In this document: positions 1-12,004 of the stretch, one piece after another | Position numbering within the stretch: the stretch's first letter is position 1 | Layout: every line of letters starts with the position of its first letter | Assembly (NCBI GenBank): GCA_002189035.1 | Contig: CM007990.1 | Coordinates: 4,960,001 to 5,024,000, forward strand | Direction: 5' to 3' | From: Utricularia gibba | Lineage: Eukaryota > Plantae > Magnoliophyta | Length of the DNA: 64,000 nt | The notes under the pieces: generated by a model | Databases searched by the model: none | Seen by the model: the letters and a program-made list of their open reading frames with translations, nothing else | What the model was told of the DNA's origin: nothing | Translations under genes and position numbers: made by a program

Positions 1-1669
1 AAACAATACAGCGATGAAGAGTTCCACGATAAGAAAATAGCCTGACAAAATGATGTAATGTAATCCAAAATATTCTGCAAACTACTTAATGAGATACAAA
101 AATCTTCTGATTTCAAACCTCGATCGTTCTTGATTTCTCTTGCCATGTATAGATGGGAAATGAAACAAACTGTGAGTAGTTCTTCACTAAGCTTTGGATC
201 TTCGCAGGCTCTGAGTATTCGTACTTATCATCTTCCTGGAAAAAAATTAAACTTAGTGAGCAAACGTACACTAGGAAAAGTGATGCCTACTATAAAGCAA
301 ACATTAACAAAATACCTTCAGATAAAGTGTGATTTGAGTTCCACGACCAAAAAAATTGTCTGGATCAGTCTCTTCTCTGATTGAATATGAGCTACTGTCA
401 GCTGCTGCCTCCCAGACATACTGTTTGTCAGACCTAGGACTTTTTGTGGCCACAACTACCTGATCAACAGAAAAAAAAAGCACAAAATAAGAACTGCAGT
501 AATAACAATAGAATGAAAAAATCCCAATGAAAAACATTGAAGATCAGAATACCTTATCAGATACCAGAAAGGCAGAGTAAAAACCAACACCAAATTGGCC
601 AATCAAGCTATTGTCTGCACCAAGGTCCTTGTTCTCCTGCATAAAATTAAAATTTCAAGCAATGAGAAATAGATTCTCCACAATGTAGAAGACACTGCAA
701 GAAGTGGTAGTGCAGAATATACCTTTAATGCCTTGACAAATCTTGAGGTGCCACTCTGAGCAATAGTTCCGAGGCAATCAATGAGCTCCTCCTTTGTCAT
801 TCCAATACCAGTATCACTGCGTGTGGAGAACAAAGAGTAAGAAACTATACAATTTTATTCATGTGGCAGATATTCAGAAGTACACATACATAATTTTAAT
901 GGTTCCCTTCTCGGGATCAGGCTTGATACGAATCTCAAGCTCAGCACCATCTCCAAGCAGTGATGGCTCTGTCACACTCAGAAACCTCAACTTATCAAGA
1001 GCATCACTTGCGTTACTGCCAATTATAAATCAAAGAATAGTTTAGTATTGAAAAAGGTCCAATCTTGAGACCTAAAAAAATACACGTCCACCATCTTCCA
1101 TGGAATTCATTTGACAAAGACAGCTAAAAAAATAACAATCACGAAACAAAAACAGAAATGTAGGGTTACCTCACAAGCTCGCGGAGAAACACTTCTTTGT
1201 GGCTGTAGAGACTGTGGACTATCAAATCATCAGGCGACTCACCTAAAACGAACTTAGTCATAATCTCAAGTGCATTATACTAAACAAATGTCAACGAACT
1301 GGAAAGAAAATCTTGGAATAGAAATAAGTTTCTATTTCACATAAGAAGCGTACAAATGTATTGCCATGAAAATACCCAACAGCAAGAATGAAATCACACC
1401 TCAGCCTGGTACTCATACTGTTCTCCAGAGCTCTCAGGAGCCTCCTTTTCAGCCACAGCGGCAGCCTCACAACGCACCACCACTCCACGCTGCCTCTTCT
1501 GCTGCAGTGAACTCCTCAAAAGACAATTCTTGAATCCATTCCTAGGCAGCAAAGCGCTCCTCAACAAAACACTGTTACATATCCCTCTTGGATGCGAAGA
1601 AATCGCAGCAGGGTATGGAATTGCTGCCTGTGAAGCCGATACGAAACTTCTGCTCGCCACAGGAGCCAT
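1..1669 (-). CDS. HSP90-5: Heat shock protein 90-5, chloroplastic (HSP90C), 5' part; the gene continues beyond the window start
   Basis: ATG at 1669 followed by a transit-peptide-like stretch and EYQAE|V. Later exons give (D)[91 protein letters not shown] and [27 protein letters not shown] boundaries. Exon 2 (1242-1170) is 1 nt short of frame (see findings). Confidence 0.93.
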
Positions 1670-2020
1670 ATTTCCAACGCGGAGAAAACCCCAGATGGGA
1701 ATCGTTACCACTTATGTACACAAAAGCGGAAACTTATCCTGCTGGTGAAGGAGCTGCGCCTGTCAATAAACCCTGATGACGAGGGGTTTAACAAGAGCTA
1801 CTGGAGGCTTCTAGAATAACGAAGTTGGCCGTGGAGAGGGCACTAGAAAAATGGATGGCAAAGAATGCTGCCATTTCAGCCATAGCAATATCCGTATCAT
1901 TTTCGACGCTTTTTTTTTCCAAATATTTCTCTAACAACCCAACAACTTTCTTTTTTTTTTTTTTCTCATTTTTGGTACGTAAAAAAAAAGAAATATCCAA
2001 ATTGTAGAAAAGAGTAATTC

Positions 2021-2093
2021 TGTTGCTGCCCAGGATCGAACTGGGGACCTTCAGTGTGTAAGACTGACGTGATAACCACTACACCACAGCAAC
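2021..2093 (-). tRNA. tRNA-Val, anticodon UAC
   Basis: Minus strand reads GTTGCTGTGGTGTAGTGGTTATCACGTCAGTCTTACACACTGAAGGTCCCCAGTTCGATCCTGGGCAGCAACA (73 nt). Acceptor stem GTTGCTG/CAGCAAC, anticodon arm TCAGT-CT TAC AC-ACTGA, T-loop GTTCGA, T runs downstream. Confidence 0.97.
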
Positions 2094-2262
2094 TCATGCT
2101 TTTGAACTCTTCAAAAAAATAAAAAATCAATTGAACTACTACAAAAAGCATTCAAGGAAGTTTCTTGCAATTGAAAACAGTAAAAGACAATCCGATACTG
2201 AGCAACTCACTGTAAAAAAAAAAAAAAGGCTTTCACGTAACTTAAAGCACTGTGGTTCAAAG

Positions 2263-3935
2263 TTAACTATCGAGTTGGTATCTATTTCGAGCCATTCTTA
2301 ATGGAGGAGCATCCGCAGAAGGGTTGAGCTCATCCCAAGCTTCGATCCAGGTGACCATGGCGTCAGCCAACTTGGTGAAGTAGGGATCCACGGATGAAAG
2401 CTTGGCTTTCACTTGTCTGGCAAGCTCAAGATAGCAGTCCTGGACAGTGGCACATTCTTTCGGGAGCACCAGATTCATGAAAAATGGGATAGCTTCCTCC
2501 TGCCAGAAGATCCCATTGTACTCCTTCTTCAGGTTCACAAATGGATTGCTTGCTTTGCTGTGCCATATGTAGGGGAGACCAGTCTTAACTCCCAGATTCA
2601 GGTGGTCGCATATCACCTGCAAATGCCATGCTCGCTTGCCTTAGTTAAAGACGAAGAACTGCTTCTTACATTTCCAAATGCACTCAAGAAATGGAAGGTG
2701 GGGAGCTACCTTGGTGCACCATCCAGCCCACATATCATCATAGCGCCCAATCGGTTGGCCATCTCCCATGAGACCAAAGTACATTGCTGGTCCAATGAGG
2801 TCCGGTCGAAGGCCAGATTCATCCCACACATTGGGAAGAGTGTACCCTTTGGGATGGTCATGACAGCATCCACATACCTGCAAGAATGATCATTTGTCTA
2901 AGCATAAGAAAAGGCAACTTCTTTCACTAATCAGGGATGAACTGTCATAGGTTGGATGAGTTTTTGCCTTGTGTTCCTTTCCCTGGGCTTAACTAGCTGA
3001 GTGGGGGCATCATAGTCAGGAATGTTGAGCCAAAGACCATGAGAAACCGCAGTTCGAACACCATCTCGGAAGCTGAATGGATAGCCACGAACAAAGTCTG
3101 CACCCTCCGCGTATGGATCATACAATGTGTTGAAGAAATGGGGAGTTGATGGACTCAAGAGATTCTTTATGTGCTGCTCAAGAGCGTTGATATCTCTTCC
3201 AGATGGATCTTTCGCCACCTGCAAGTGGAGCAACCTCAGTTTAAAATGCAAGAACTAGACAATAAAAAACGTTACTTTGCTTTTTCAGAAACTATATACC
3301 AAAGAAAAGTTCAGAAATTCCAATCAACCACAGAATTTATGCAGAACAGAGCCATGGTCTCAAGCCAAGATCAATAATTTATCGGAAATAAGAACTAAAG
3401 ATGCTGATGTCCATCATAGCAAAGAACGAGGGCCCACAAACAATACAACTTTCAAGTAACATTCAGATCACAGCACAAATTGTCCCCATTCGCCCACTCC
3501 ACTTTGCAGACAGAGAAAATTCAAATCCATAAACAGATCTAAAAAAAATAGTCTCCACATCAGAACTTCACGTAAAGATCTAGACTTTAACATAAGATCG
3601 AGAAATTTTTCACTCACAAAGCAATCATCATCAATGGTATAAATATACTTCTTCTTAGAAACCATGTATCCAAAGCATCTGCAAGCAGAATCCTTGAAGG
3701 AGATGCAGGACGCCTTGGGACCCAAAATCCTGTTAATGTCATTGCGATTGTAGAGTTCATAATCAAACCCATCAGGCACTTTGATGATCCTCGAAGGGTC
3801 ACCGTCTTGGACAATGATGAGATGGTAAGGCTGGAAAAATGGTCGCCACATCTCCAGGAAATCAAGGTTTCTTATTGTCGGTATAACAATATCCAATTCG
3901 TCTTTCAGTAGAGGCGTTGCGTTTCCCGCTGCCAT
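2263..3935 (-). CDS. UAM: UDP-arabinopyranose mutase / reversibly glycosylated polypeptide (class 1 RGP)
   Basis: Four exons encoding [27 protein letters not shown], the DDD motif [42 protein letters not shown] and [30 protein letters not shown]. The stop may really fall about 20 nt earlier (see findings). Confidence 0.96.
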
Positions 3936-4012
3936 TGCTACGTTGCTGTTCCGAATCACGATCTCGATGAAGAAGAAAAGCGACCCAGAAAACTTCACCC
4001 CTCACCGTGCGC

Positions 4013-4019
4013 TTATATA
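4013..4019 (-). promoter_or_regulatory. TATA box of UAM/RGP
   Basis: Minus strand CTATATAAGC about 80 nt upstream of the ATG at 3935. Confidence 0.6.
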
Positions 4020-5106
4020 GTGGAGCAGTCAGCAACTTAACCCCGTTGATTCTTTTTCTCTTGAACGTACGATGTGGCGCAGTTGCTAGTCACTCTCTTT
4101 TTTTCAAACACAAAAAATAAAAATATTAATTAAACTTATTCCATCATTTTGTTTTAAAATTATTATTCATGTTTACACAATTCAAAACAAGAACACAAAC
4201 AATTATACACAATTACATGTTGCATAATTAAATCTATCTATTAAACATATTTTAAATTTAAATCATTATTTCATATAGTTTTTAAATAAACATTTCAAAT
4301 AATTTAGAAATTTAGATTATGTAACTTACTATAAATAATAAGTACTTTTTTTTTACTTTTTAAAATAGAAATCGTTCATATTTAATAACAAAAATATTTT
4401 TAGAATTCAAAAACAACGTTTTTAATCCATTAATATACAGCTAATCTAGGATTGGTAGACCTCGTGACGTTTATTACTACCATTCCCTAAGCATTTATTT
4501 GGTATCCACTTAGGCATAATCCACGTAGTTAGCGGTATTAATGAGGGGGTTAAAAAGCACGTGTGAAAAAGGGTTTTAAAATAAAAATAATTCATTAAAT
4601 AAAAGACTTTAGGTTTTTTGTGATGGTTGATTCGAGTAGCCAACCTACCATCTCAACCATGGTTACCTCTCTCGTCTCTTCTCCTAGCCTTTTATATTCA
4701 ATTCGTGGCTCATAATGACGATTGATTCCTTTCAATTATGCTATAAATAAGTGGGAGTTGACAATTACACAAATTATGTTTAGGAATAAACACATGATAT
4801 TACCATGCTAAATACATGTAATTGATGGGAGGCCAATTTTTTAAAATAATTTATTTTTTTATTTGAAACGATTTATGAGTTTCAATAAATGTTCTAGAAT
4901 CAATTTTAGTATTTAATATACTAAATAAAACTTAATTATTTTTATCAAAGACATTTTTCGAAGAATATACTAAAATAAAATTTTAATTTCTTTTTTTCTC
5001 AAAAACTTAAAAAGGGATGAGATTACCTGTTCCTCAACCATGTTTTAAAATCGAGGTTCAAAAAGTTTCACAATCTCGGTTTAATCGATCAAATTCTATT
5101 TTGATA

Positions 5107-5590
5107 AGTCAAACATTAGTTTCAAAATAAGAAATTATATTTTTTTATAAATAATAATAAATTCAAATAAAATATTAATCCATCGATGTCAGAACTCAAG
5201 CTTGACTAGGATCACCGGTCCCCAAGGGAGATAAGGCCAAATACGGAAGCCCATTGGATATAGTCCCCTCTGTGAAGAAAATATTTTAAATAATTGTGTT
5301 TGTCATTACGTCTCAAATAGAAAATATTTGAGAATGATTCAAATTGATGACTATAATAATTTTTTATCACACGCTTTGTTATTAAAAGAAAAATAATAAT
5401 AATTCGTGATAATATTGTAATAATATTTTAATATTTTTTAGATCGAATCAAAACAAAACTAAAATTCATTTAAAATGCTCACAAATTTCGGAAGTATATA
5501 AATATTAATTCAGGTCGCGACTGCTCCGGCAACCAGAGACAGAGGAATGTATAGGGTTTGGTAGAGCGGATGGAGACCATTCCTTTGACT
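5107..5590. promoter_or_regulatory. Three W-boxes (TTGACT) upstream of RDR1
   Basis: AGTCAA 5107-5112, TTGACT 5202-5207 and TTGACT 5585-5590. A GC-richer leader-like region follows at about 5520-5820 with a donor-like CG|GTATGA at 5714. Function is inferred. Confidence 0.4.
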
Positions 5591-6579
5591 GCACTACGAC
5601 GCTGACGACTTCACTCACTCACAGGGTTGAACCACGGATAAAATGTCGGACCAAGAAGTGTTGCTAGTCTGGCAACTTGGAGTTCCCTGCGGAGAGCCTT
5701 TTTGCCGTTCTCGGTATGATACGGGGAGCGTGATTACTTGTTCCTGTTGCTGTGCGTTTCCTTTGATGCGCTACGTTTCTTGGGAACTCGTACGCTGATG
5801 TAGGGTTCGAGATGGCGAAAAAACTTCATCGAACTGTTTCTTATTATGTTGGGATCTGTGAAGTTATTCTTATTCTTCACTTGCGAAGTATTCAATGTGA
5901 TCGTGTCGCTGTTTCACATGAATCCTTTTTTTGCAAGAAAAGAACATGTGCTTAGTGCGAATAAAGTTTTGTTGGGTCTTCCTTATCTTGAGAGAAGGGA
6001 AAAGAACATTTTTGTACACTTCTTTATTTAGGAAGTCGGTACAAGTTATGATGATGAATATGAAATTTTTTTGGACAGGCATCCTGAAAATTTTCATATT
6101 GAGACAATATCTTTGTAGAATATCTGCATTTACACTGGTTTGCATGAGTGATCCTGACCATGCATTTGTCTTGTGGATTGATTACCTTTAGGCATTTCAT
6201 CTATTGGTTATAACTATATTTTACCTGGAGTTTGAAACTCGAGTAGTGTTGATTCAGAAGTTTGCGCGTTTTTTTTAAGTTGTTTCACGCACTGTTTCTT
6301 GAGAAGCATGCCAAATAATCTATAAGCTGGATTCGAAATCCAGCTGTATGCGTGTTTGCACATTTCGGAAAAATGATGTTTCCTGTTTTTTCGTTGTTGC
6401 CTGGGCTAATGCATACCATTAGTGGCTGCAACTAGTTCTGTATGTGCTATCATCTAATGCCTATACATCCTGCTTCCTCCCTTTCATCTTTAAGTGCACC
6501 TTAATTTAAGATGGCAACCAAGAGTTGGCTTGTGCGTATTAACATTATTCATTCATCTGTCAGTTTGCTTTAGGGGAAT

Positions 6580-9500
6580 ATGGGAAAAACTGTTCAGGCA
6601 TATGGTTTCCCTCGCCGTATTCCTGCAAATGAGGCTAAAGAGTTCTTTGAGAGATATACTGGCCGATGGACTGTAGTTGCTTTGGATATGAAGGAACCAA
6701 AAAACGGTCAACGAACTCATGCCATAGTTCAGTTTATAAGCGAGGCGGCTGCTCAAAAAATTATCACGTTGGCAAATTGCGGTCTTTATTATGGTTCCTC
6801 ATATTTGAAAGTTCGGGATGCAGTTGATCTAATACAATTTCCTGGACCACACTCCCAGGAAATAGAGGGCGTGACCCTAAACTTTGGGTGCCAAATATCA
6901 ACTAATAGATTTGCAGTTTTATGGAGTTCTATGAATATTTCCGCCAGGTTTCATACTGGTCTAAAAAAGATGAACTTCTTTCTGCATGATGGTTCGGATG
7001 AAATCATGCTTCAACTGTCATATGGAAGTATTTGGCAAGTATTGCTGTATACTCCGTATAGTTGCAGTCAAAAGTTAGTTGTTCAGGTAACATGAGCTGT
7101 TGATGGCTTTTGTCTTTAATGTGTTAATTCACATTTCATTAGCTACCACTCCTGCAATGCAGCTATTCGGTGCACCCAAAATCTTTAAGAAGGCCCGAGT
7201 TGATTCCCTTTATAGCTTTTTCTTACACATTCCTGATGATCAGTGCGTGAGAACCACAGACTTCACTCCATCATCATACATTGGACAATCTTCCGGTCTG
7301 TGCCTCGAGTTCCCTTTTGGTATTGAACTTCCTCATTTCAAAGCGAATTTCATTAGTTTCAGAGAAAAAGAAGAGGAGTTATATTTGGAGAAAGCTGCCT
7401 CATTTTCCCAGAATCTACTTCTTGTTCCTATTATTCATCCTCCAAGAGGAGTGGTATTGCCATACAAGGTACTGTTTAAGATCTGTAGGCTGGTACAAAC
7501 AGGGTGCCTTCCCGGGCCTAAACTGAATGCAAACTTCTTTAATCTGGTTAATCCTCTCTATTTCGACATTACATACATCGAACATGCCCTTGAGAAGTTG
7601 TACTACATTGGAGAGTGCTGCTATGATCCTGCTCCATGGCTCGAAAAGCAGTATGAGACATATCGTATGGGTAGGGAGAGGCCTTCATCTCCTAGGATCT
7701 CTTTAGATGATGGGCTCGTATATGTGCACAGGGTTCAGGTAACTCCAACTAGAGTGTATTTTGATGGGCCAGAAGTAAGCGTTTCCAACCGTGTGTTGCG
7801 CCACTTTAAAGAACACATTGATAATTTTCTTCGTGTTTCGTTTGTGGATGAAGAGTGGGAAAAACTGAGTTCAACTACTCTGTCTCCAAGGATAGGTAAA
7901 GTGAATGAGAGGACCATGGTTTATCAAAGAATAATATCTATTCTTAGGAATGGTATCCAAATTGGGGAAAAGAAGTTCGATTTTCTTGCCTTCTCCTCAA
8001 GTCAGTTGCGGGATAACTCTCTGTGGATGTTTGCGCCAACTATGGGCCTGAATGCAGATAAAACCAGATGCTGGATGGGGGACTTTAGCACAATCAGAAA
8101 TGTAGCAAAGTATGCTGCAAGACTTGGACAATCATTTGGCTCATCTACAGAAACTTTGACTGTTGATGCAAGTGAGGTTCAAAACGCTCCAGATATTGAG
8201 GTTTGGACAAACGGTAAAAAATATGTCTTCTCTGATGGGATTGGGAAGATATCAGCTGACTTTGCTCACCGCGTTGCTGTAAAATGTGGGACAGATTTTA
8301 TACCATCCGCCTTCCAGATCAGATATGGTGGCTACAAAGGAGTTGTGGCAGTTGATGCTAGATCGAACGTGAAGTTGTCACTGAGGCCAAGCATGAAGAA
8401 GTATGAATCAACCAATTCTAAACTTGATGTTTTGGCTTGGAGCAAATACCAGGCTTGCTTTCTAAATCGACAAGTGATCACTCTATTATCTACTCTTGGA
8501 GTCAGGGATTATGTGTTTGAGGAGAAGCAACGAGAAGCAGTGGCACAGCTAGATGATCTTCTGGTGGATCCTGTGAAAGCTGAAGAAGCTCTAGATTTGA
8601 TGTCACCTGGAGAAAACACAAACATACTGAAGGAGCTTCTGAAGTGTGGATACCGACCCGATGAAGAGCCGTTCCTTTCGATGATGCTTCAAGCATTTCG
8701 CTCATCAAAGCTGCTTGACCTGCGAACAAAAGCTAGAATGTTCATCCGAAAGGGCAGACAAATGATGGGATGCCTAGATGAATATCGAATTCTTGAGTAT
8801 GGTCAGGTTTTCGTTCAGGTTTCAGGTGCTAGGCAACAGCAGTTCTTGGATGAATCATATAGGTTGCATGGGGATGACCGAGTCATCATCAGGGGAAAGG
8901 TGGTTGTGGCCAAAAACCCATGCTTGCATCCTGGAGATGTCCGAGTTCTGCAAGCCATCGATGCCCCCGTGTTGCATCACATGGTGGACTGTGTTGTTTT
9001 TCCTCAGAAGGGTCACAGGTAACAGTCACAACTCTTTCGCCAATTGAGAACAAGGAACAAGAACTCACATTGTTCCTTGTTTCCTATTGAGACTTGACCA
9101 TTTTCTTCAGCAGGCCTCACCCAAATGAATGCTCCGGTAGTGATCTGGATGGAGATATATATTTTGTTTGCTGGGATCATGAACTGATTCCAAGTAGCCA
9201 ATACCCACCCATGGACTATGACCCAGCGCCAACGGCCGAAGTTGATCACAATGTGACAATTGAGGTATTCTCCCCCTCTTACAGTTTAGGTACTCCAGTG
9301 GCCATGATTTCCCGATTCTCTTGACTTGTGGCTCTTGTTCAGGAAGTTGAAGAATACTTCACCAATTACATTGTAAACGACAGTTTGGGTATTATAGCCA
9401 ATGCTCACACAGCCTTTGCTGACAAGGCACCTGAAATGGCAAAGAGTACTCAGTGTTTGAAGCTGGCTGAGTTGTTCTCGATCGCAGTCGACTTTCCAAA

Positions 9501-10149
9501 AACCGGTGTCCCAGCAGAAATCCCATCTGATTTACGTGTGAGAGAATACCCGGATTTCATGGAGAAGTTTGACAAAACCACCTACGAGTCCACGCGTGTC
9601 ATTGGCAAACTTTTCAGGGATGTAAAAAATATTGATACTACAGGCGCCTCTCGCAAAACATTCACAAGAGAAGTAGCAAGGAGATCCTATGATCCTGACA
9701 TGGAAGTCCCTGGATTTGAGGATTATATTGATGAAGCATTTGGTTGCAAAACTGACTACGACTACAAGCTTGGCAACCTGATGGAGTATTATGGCATAAA
9801 ATCTGAGGCTGAGATACTAAGTGGTGCCATCATGAAGATGTCCAAGACGTTCGATCGAAGGAAAGACGCAGAAGCTGTTGGTGCAGCTGTGAAGTCACTC
9901 AGGAAGGAGGCAAAGTCATGGTTCAAGCTGGGACTCGAGTCAGAGAATCAGTATGCGAAGGCATCAGCATGGTATCATGTTACATATCATCCTGATTACT
10001 GGGGTTGCTACAATGAGGGGATGAAAAGGGACCATTATATTAGCTTCCCATGGTGTGTCTATGACAAACTGATCAAGATCAAGCAAGACAGGGCGAGGTC
10101 TCGTTATTTAGGTTCTCTGGGACTTAGCATGGCCAATCTGAATCTGTGA
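6580..10149 (+). CDS. RDR1: RNA-dependent RNA polymerase 1 (RDR-alpha clade)
   Basis: Exons 6580-7086, 7163-9018, 9114(or 9111)-9264 and 9343-10149. N-terminus MGKTVQAYGFP is RDR1-type. Motifs FSDGIGKIS, PSAFQIRYGGYKGVV, VAKNPCLHPGDVRVL and the catalytic ECSGSDLDGDIYFV are present. Reading frame intact. Confidence 0.96.
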
Positions 10150-10382
10150 TGATCATCTGTTTAGTCCAATCCTATGCATCATGTGTCTTCTAGCGTTGGT
10201 TTGTGAGTAAGGTCTGGAGAGTGGCTTCCTTTGGAAGGCAGGCTGTGTAAACTTTCCCTTGGAATTCTTGTGGGAATGCACTTCTTCAGAATCTTATTCC
10301 TGGTTCTACTTCTGGCACAAAGGTTGGTAACTCAAAAAATTTTGCACCCATTTCCATACCAAACTGAAATACTACAAAAAGA

Positions 10383-11827
10383 CTAGAAGTTGAGATACAG
10401 AGTAACCTGCTTAATCATATCAAATGGTATTCTTACTTGGAGCTCTCTCTGTTTACGGCTTACTGGTCTTCCCTTGGCAGCAGGGTCTCTGTTTTCCCTC
10501 ACGTCCGCTAACTTCCAAATGCATTGCTCCGACTCTGTATCTAGAGAGTCAAGAAAGTAGATCCCTTTCTTTTCTGGGAATTCGTTGTGGGAGTCATCTG
10601 AGTAGGTGACGATCATCGGCATCTCCTTGAACCTCAACAGGTCATCCGGTACTCGCAAGAGCCTATCCGCGCCCGGACTTGATACCTGGCACCAGAAGAA
10701 GTTCATATGATCAGTAAACAGAGGAACTAGATGAAATATGCTGTCTTTTTTAGTTCAGTTGGATGAAGGCACTACTTCAAGAGCCAGGTCATCAGGGATT
10801 TCTCCACTTGACCCGAGCTCGTCCAGTTTTTTCTTGTAAAGGCGGCTGAATGATTCAATCTCCTCCATGCTGGGGCACCCATACCTAGGAGAAATGGATT
10901 AACCATAGGAAAGACTCAAACTTTTTGCAGTCTTATCCAAGATTTCAGGAGATAAAAGACTCACTGATTTGAAAGTTTATCCAGCCTCACGTATATGTAT
11001 CCCCGAGGAGAAGTTCTGAAGGCATATAGTTTCATATCTTTGTCAAATTCAAGAAGTGCTTCTCTAACAAGGGAAAGCGCTTTGCCACCCCACTGGCATT
11101 TCTCAATAACAATGCCGCCACCATCGCCTCCATCTCCAATCTAACATGACATGGTAACTGTCACAAAAAGCTGAATTGGAGGATTAGTTTCAAGAAACAG
11201 AATCTGCACCTTAGCCTCAGCATCGTCCTCTTCTTCCCATAAATCAATAGGTTCCACTTCTCCATTGGAGTCATCTGCAAATGCTTCATCCAAACAAGAT
11301 AAGTCACTGTAGCATTGGAAAAGGGAAACAGCGGAAGCATGCAAGAAAATCAATAGCCGGTCATATTGAGCCACATCCATGATAGGAGAACATGTTTAAG
11401 TAGCCTTCACAAGAATACTGTCAACAAACTTCCAGCACATCTTAAACCAGTTTCAACTAAAACAACAAACAGGAGGAGGAGCAAGGAAAATTTTGTATTT
11501 TTCAGCATCACTGAAAGCATCAACAGAGTAGACTGTGTATTGAAGGTCGTTCGGTCAATCGAAGAGCACACCTCCAACTCCTGCTTCCAGATGCGTAGAA
11601 TCAACGTGCAAGAAGCGATGAGCGGCAATTGAACCAGGATGCAAGGAAGGTTCCGGAGGGGGATAGAAAATACAGAACCTATTGAGAATGCGACGAAAGG
11701 ATGGATGCTGGGGCCTCGATGCCACAATATCGTGAATGCTAGAACAAAGGGTTGCAGAAAATTGAATCTTTCTTGAAATTCCGTAGCGCACGCAGCAGCG
11801 AACTCTGGAGGGAATCAAGCTTCTCAT
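10383..11827 (-). CDS. RimP / UPF0090-family ribosome maturation protein, probably organelle-targeted
   Basis: Five phase-consistent exons: transit-peptide-like exon 1, DLWEEEDDAEAK, IGDGGDGGGIVIEKCQWGGKAL...YAFRTSPRGYIYVRLDKLS, YGCPSMEEIESF...DDLALE and VSSPGADRLLRVPDDLLRFKEMPM. The LEVSSPG..R.L motif is typical of RimP. The start codon is less certain. Confidence 0.85.
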
Positions 11828-11932
11828 AGTCCCCTGGCCAGGGGAGAGGAACGCCTTGGTCCACATTTGAGATTTTGGATTTTCTATCTTTAAATAAAGA
11901 TTGAATTTTAAAATTTAAAAGATCCCAGCCAA

Positions 11933-12004
11933 GCCTTCGTAGCATAGTGGTAGTGCGTTCGCTTCGTAAGCGAAAGGTCGCGAGTTCGATCCTCGCCGAG
12001 GGCT
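11933..12004 (+). tRNA. tRNA-Thr, anticodon CGU
   Basis: GCCTTCGTAGCATAGTGGTAGTGCGTTCGCTTCGTAAGCGAAAGGTCGCGAGTTCGATCCTCGCCGAGGGCT (72 nt). Anticodon arm TTCGC-TT CGT AA-GCGAA, T-loop GTTCGA, T run at about 12020. Confidence 0.96.

Noticed and set aside
5644-5799. 51-aa Cys-rich upstream ORF before RDR1
   Set aside because: It probably runs across a 5' UTR intron donor at about 5714, so most of it would be spliced out. No recognised conserved uORF peptide.
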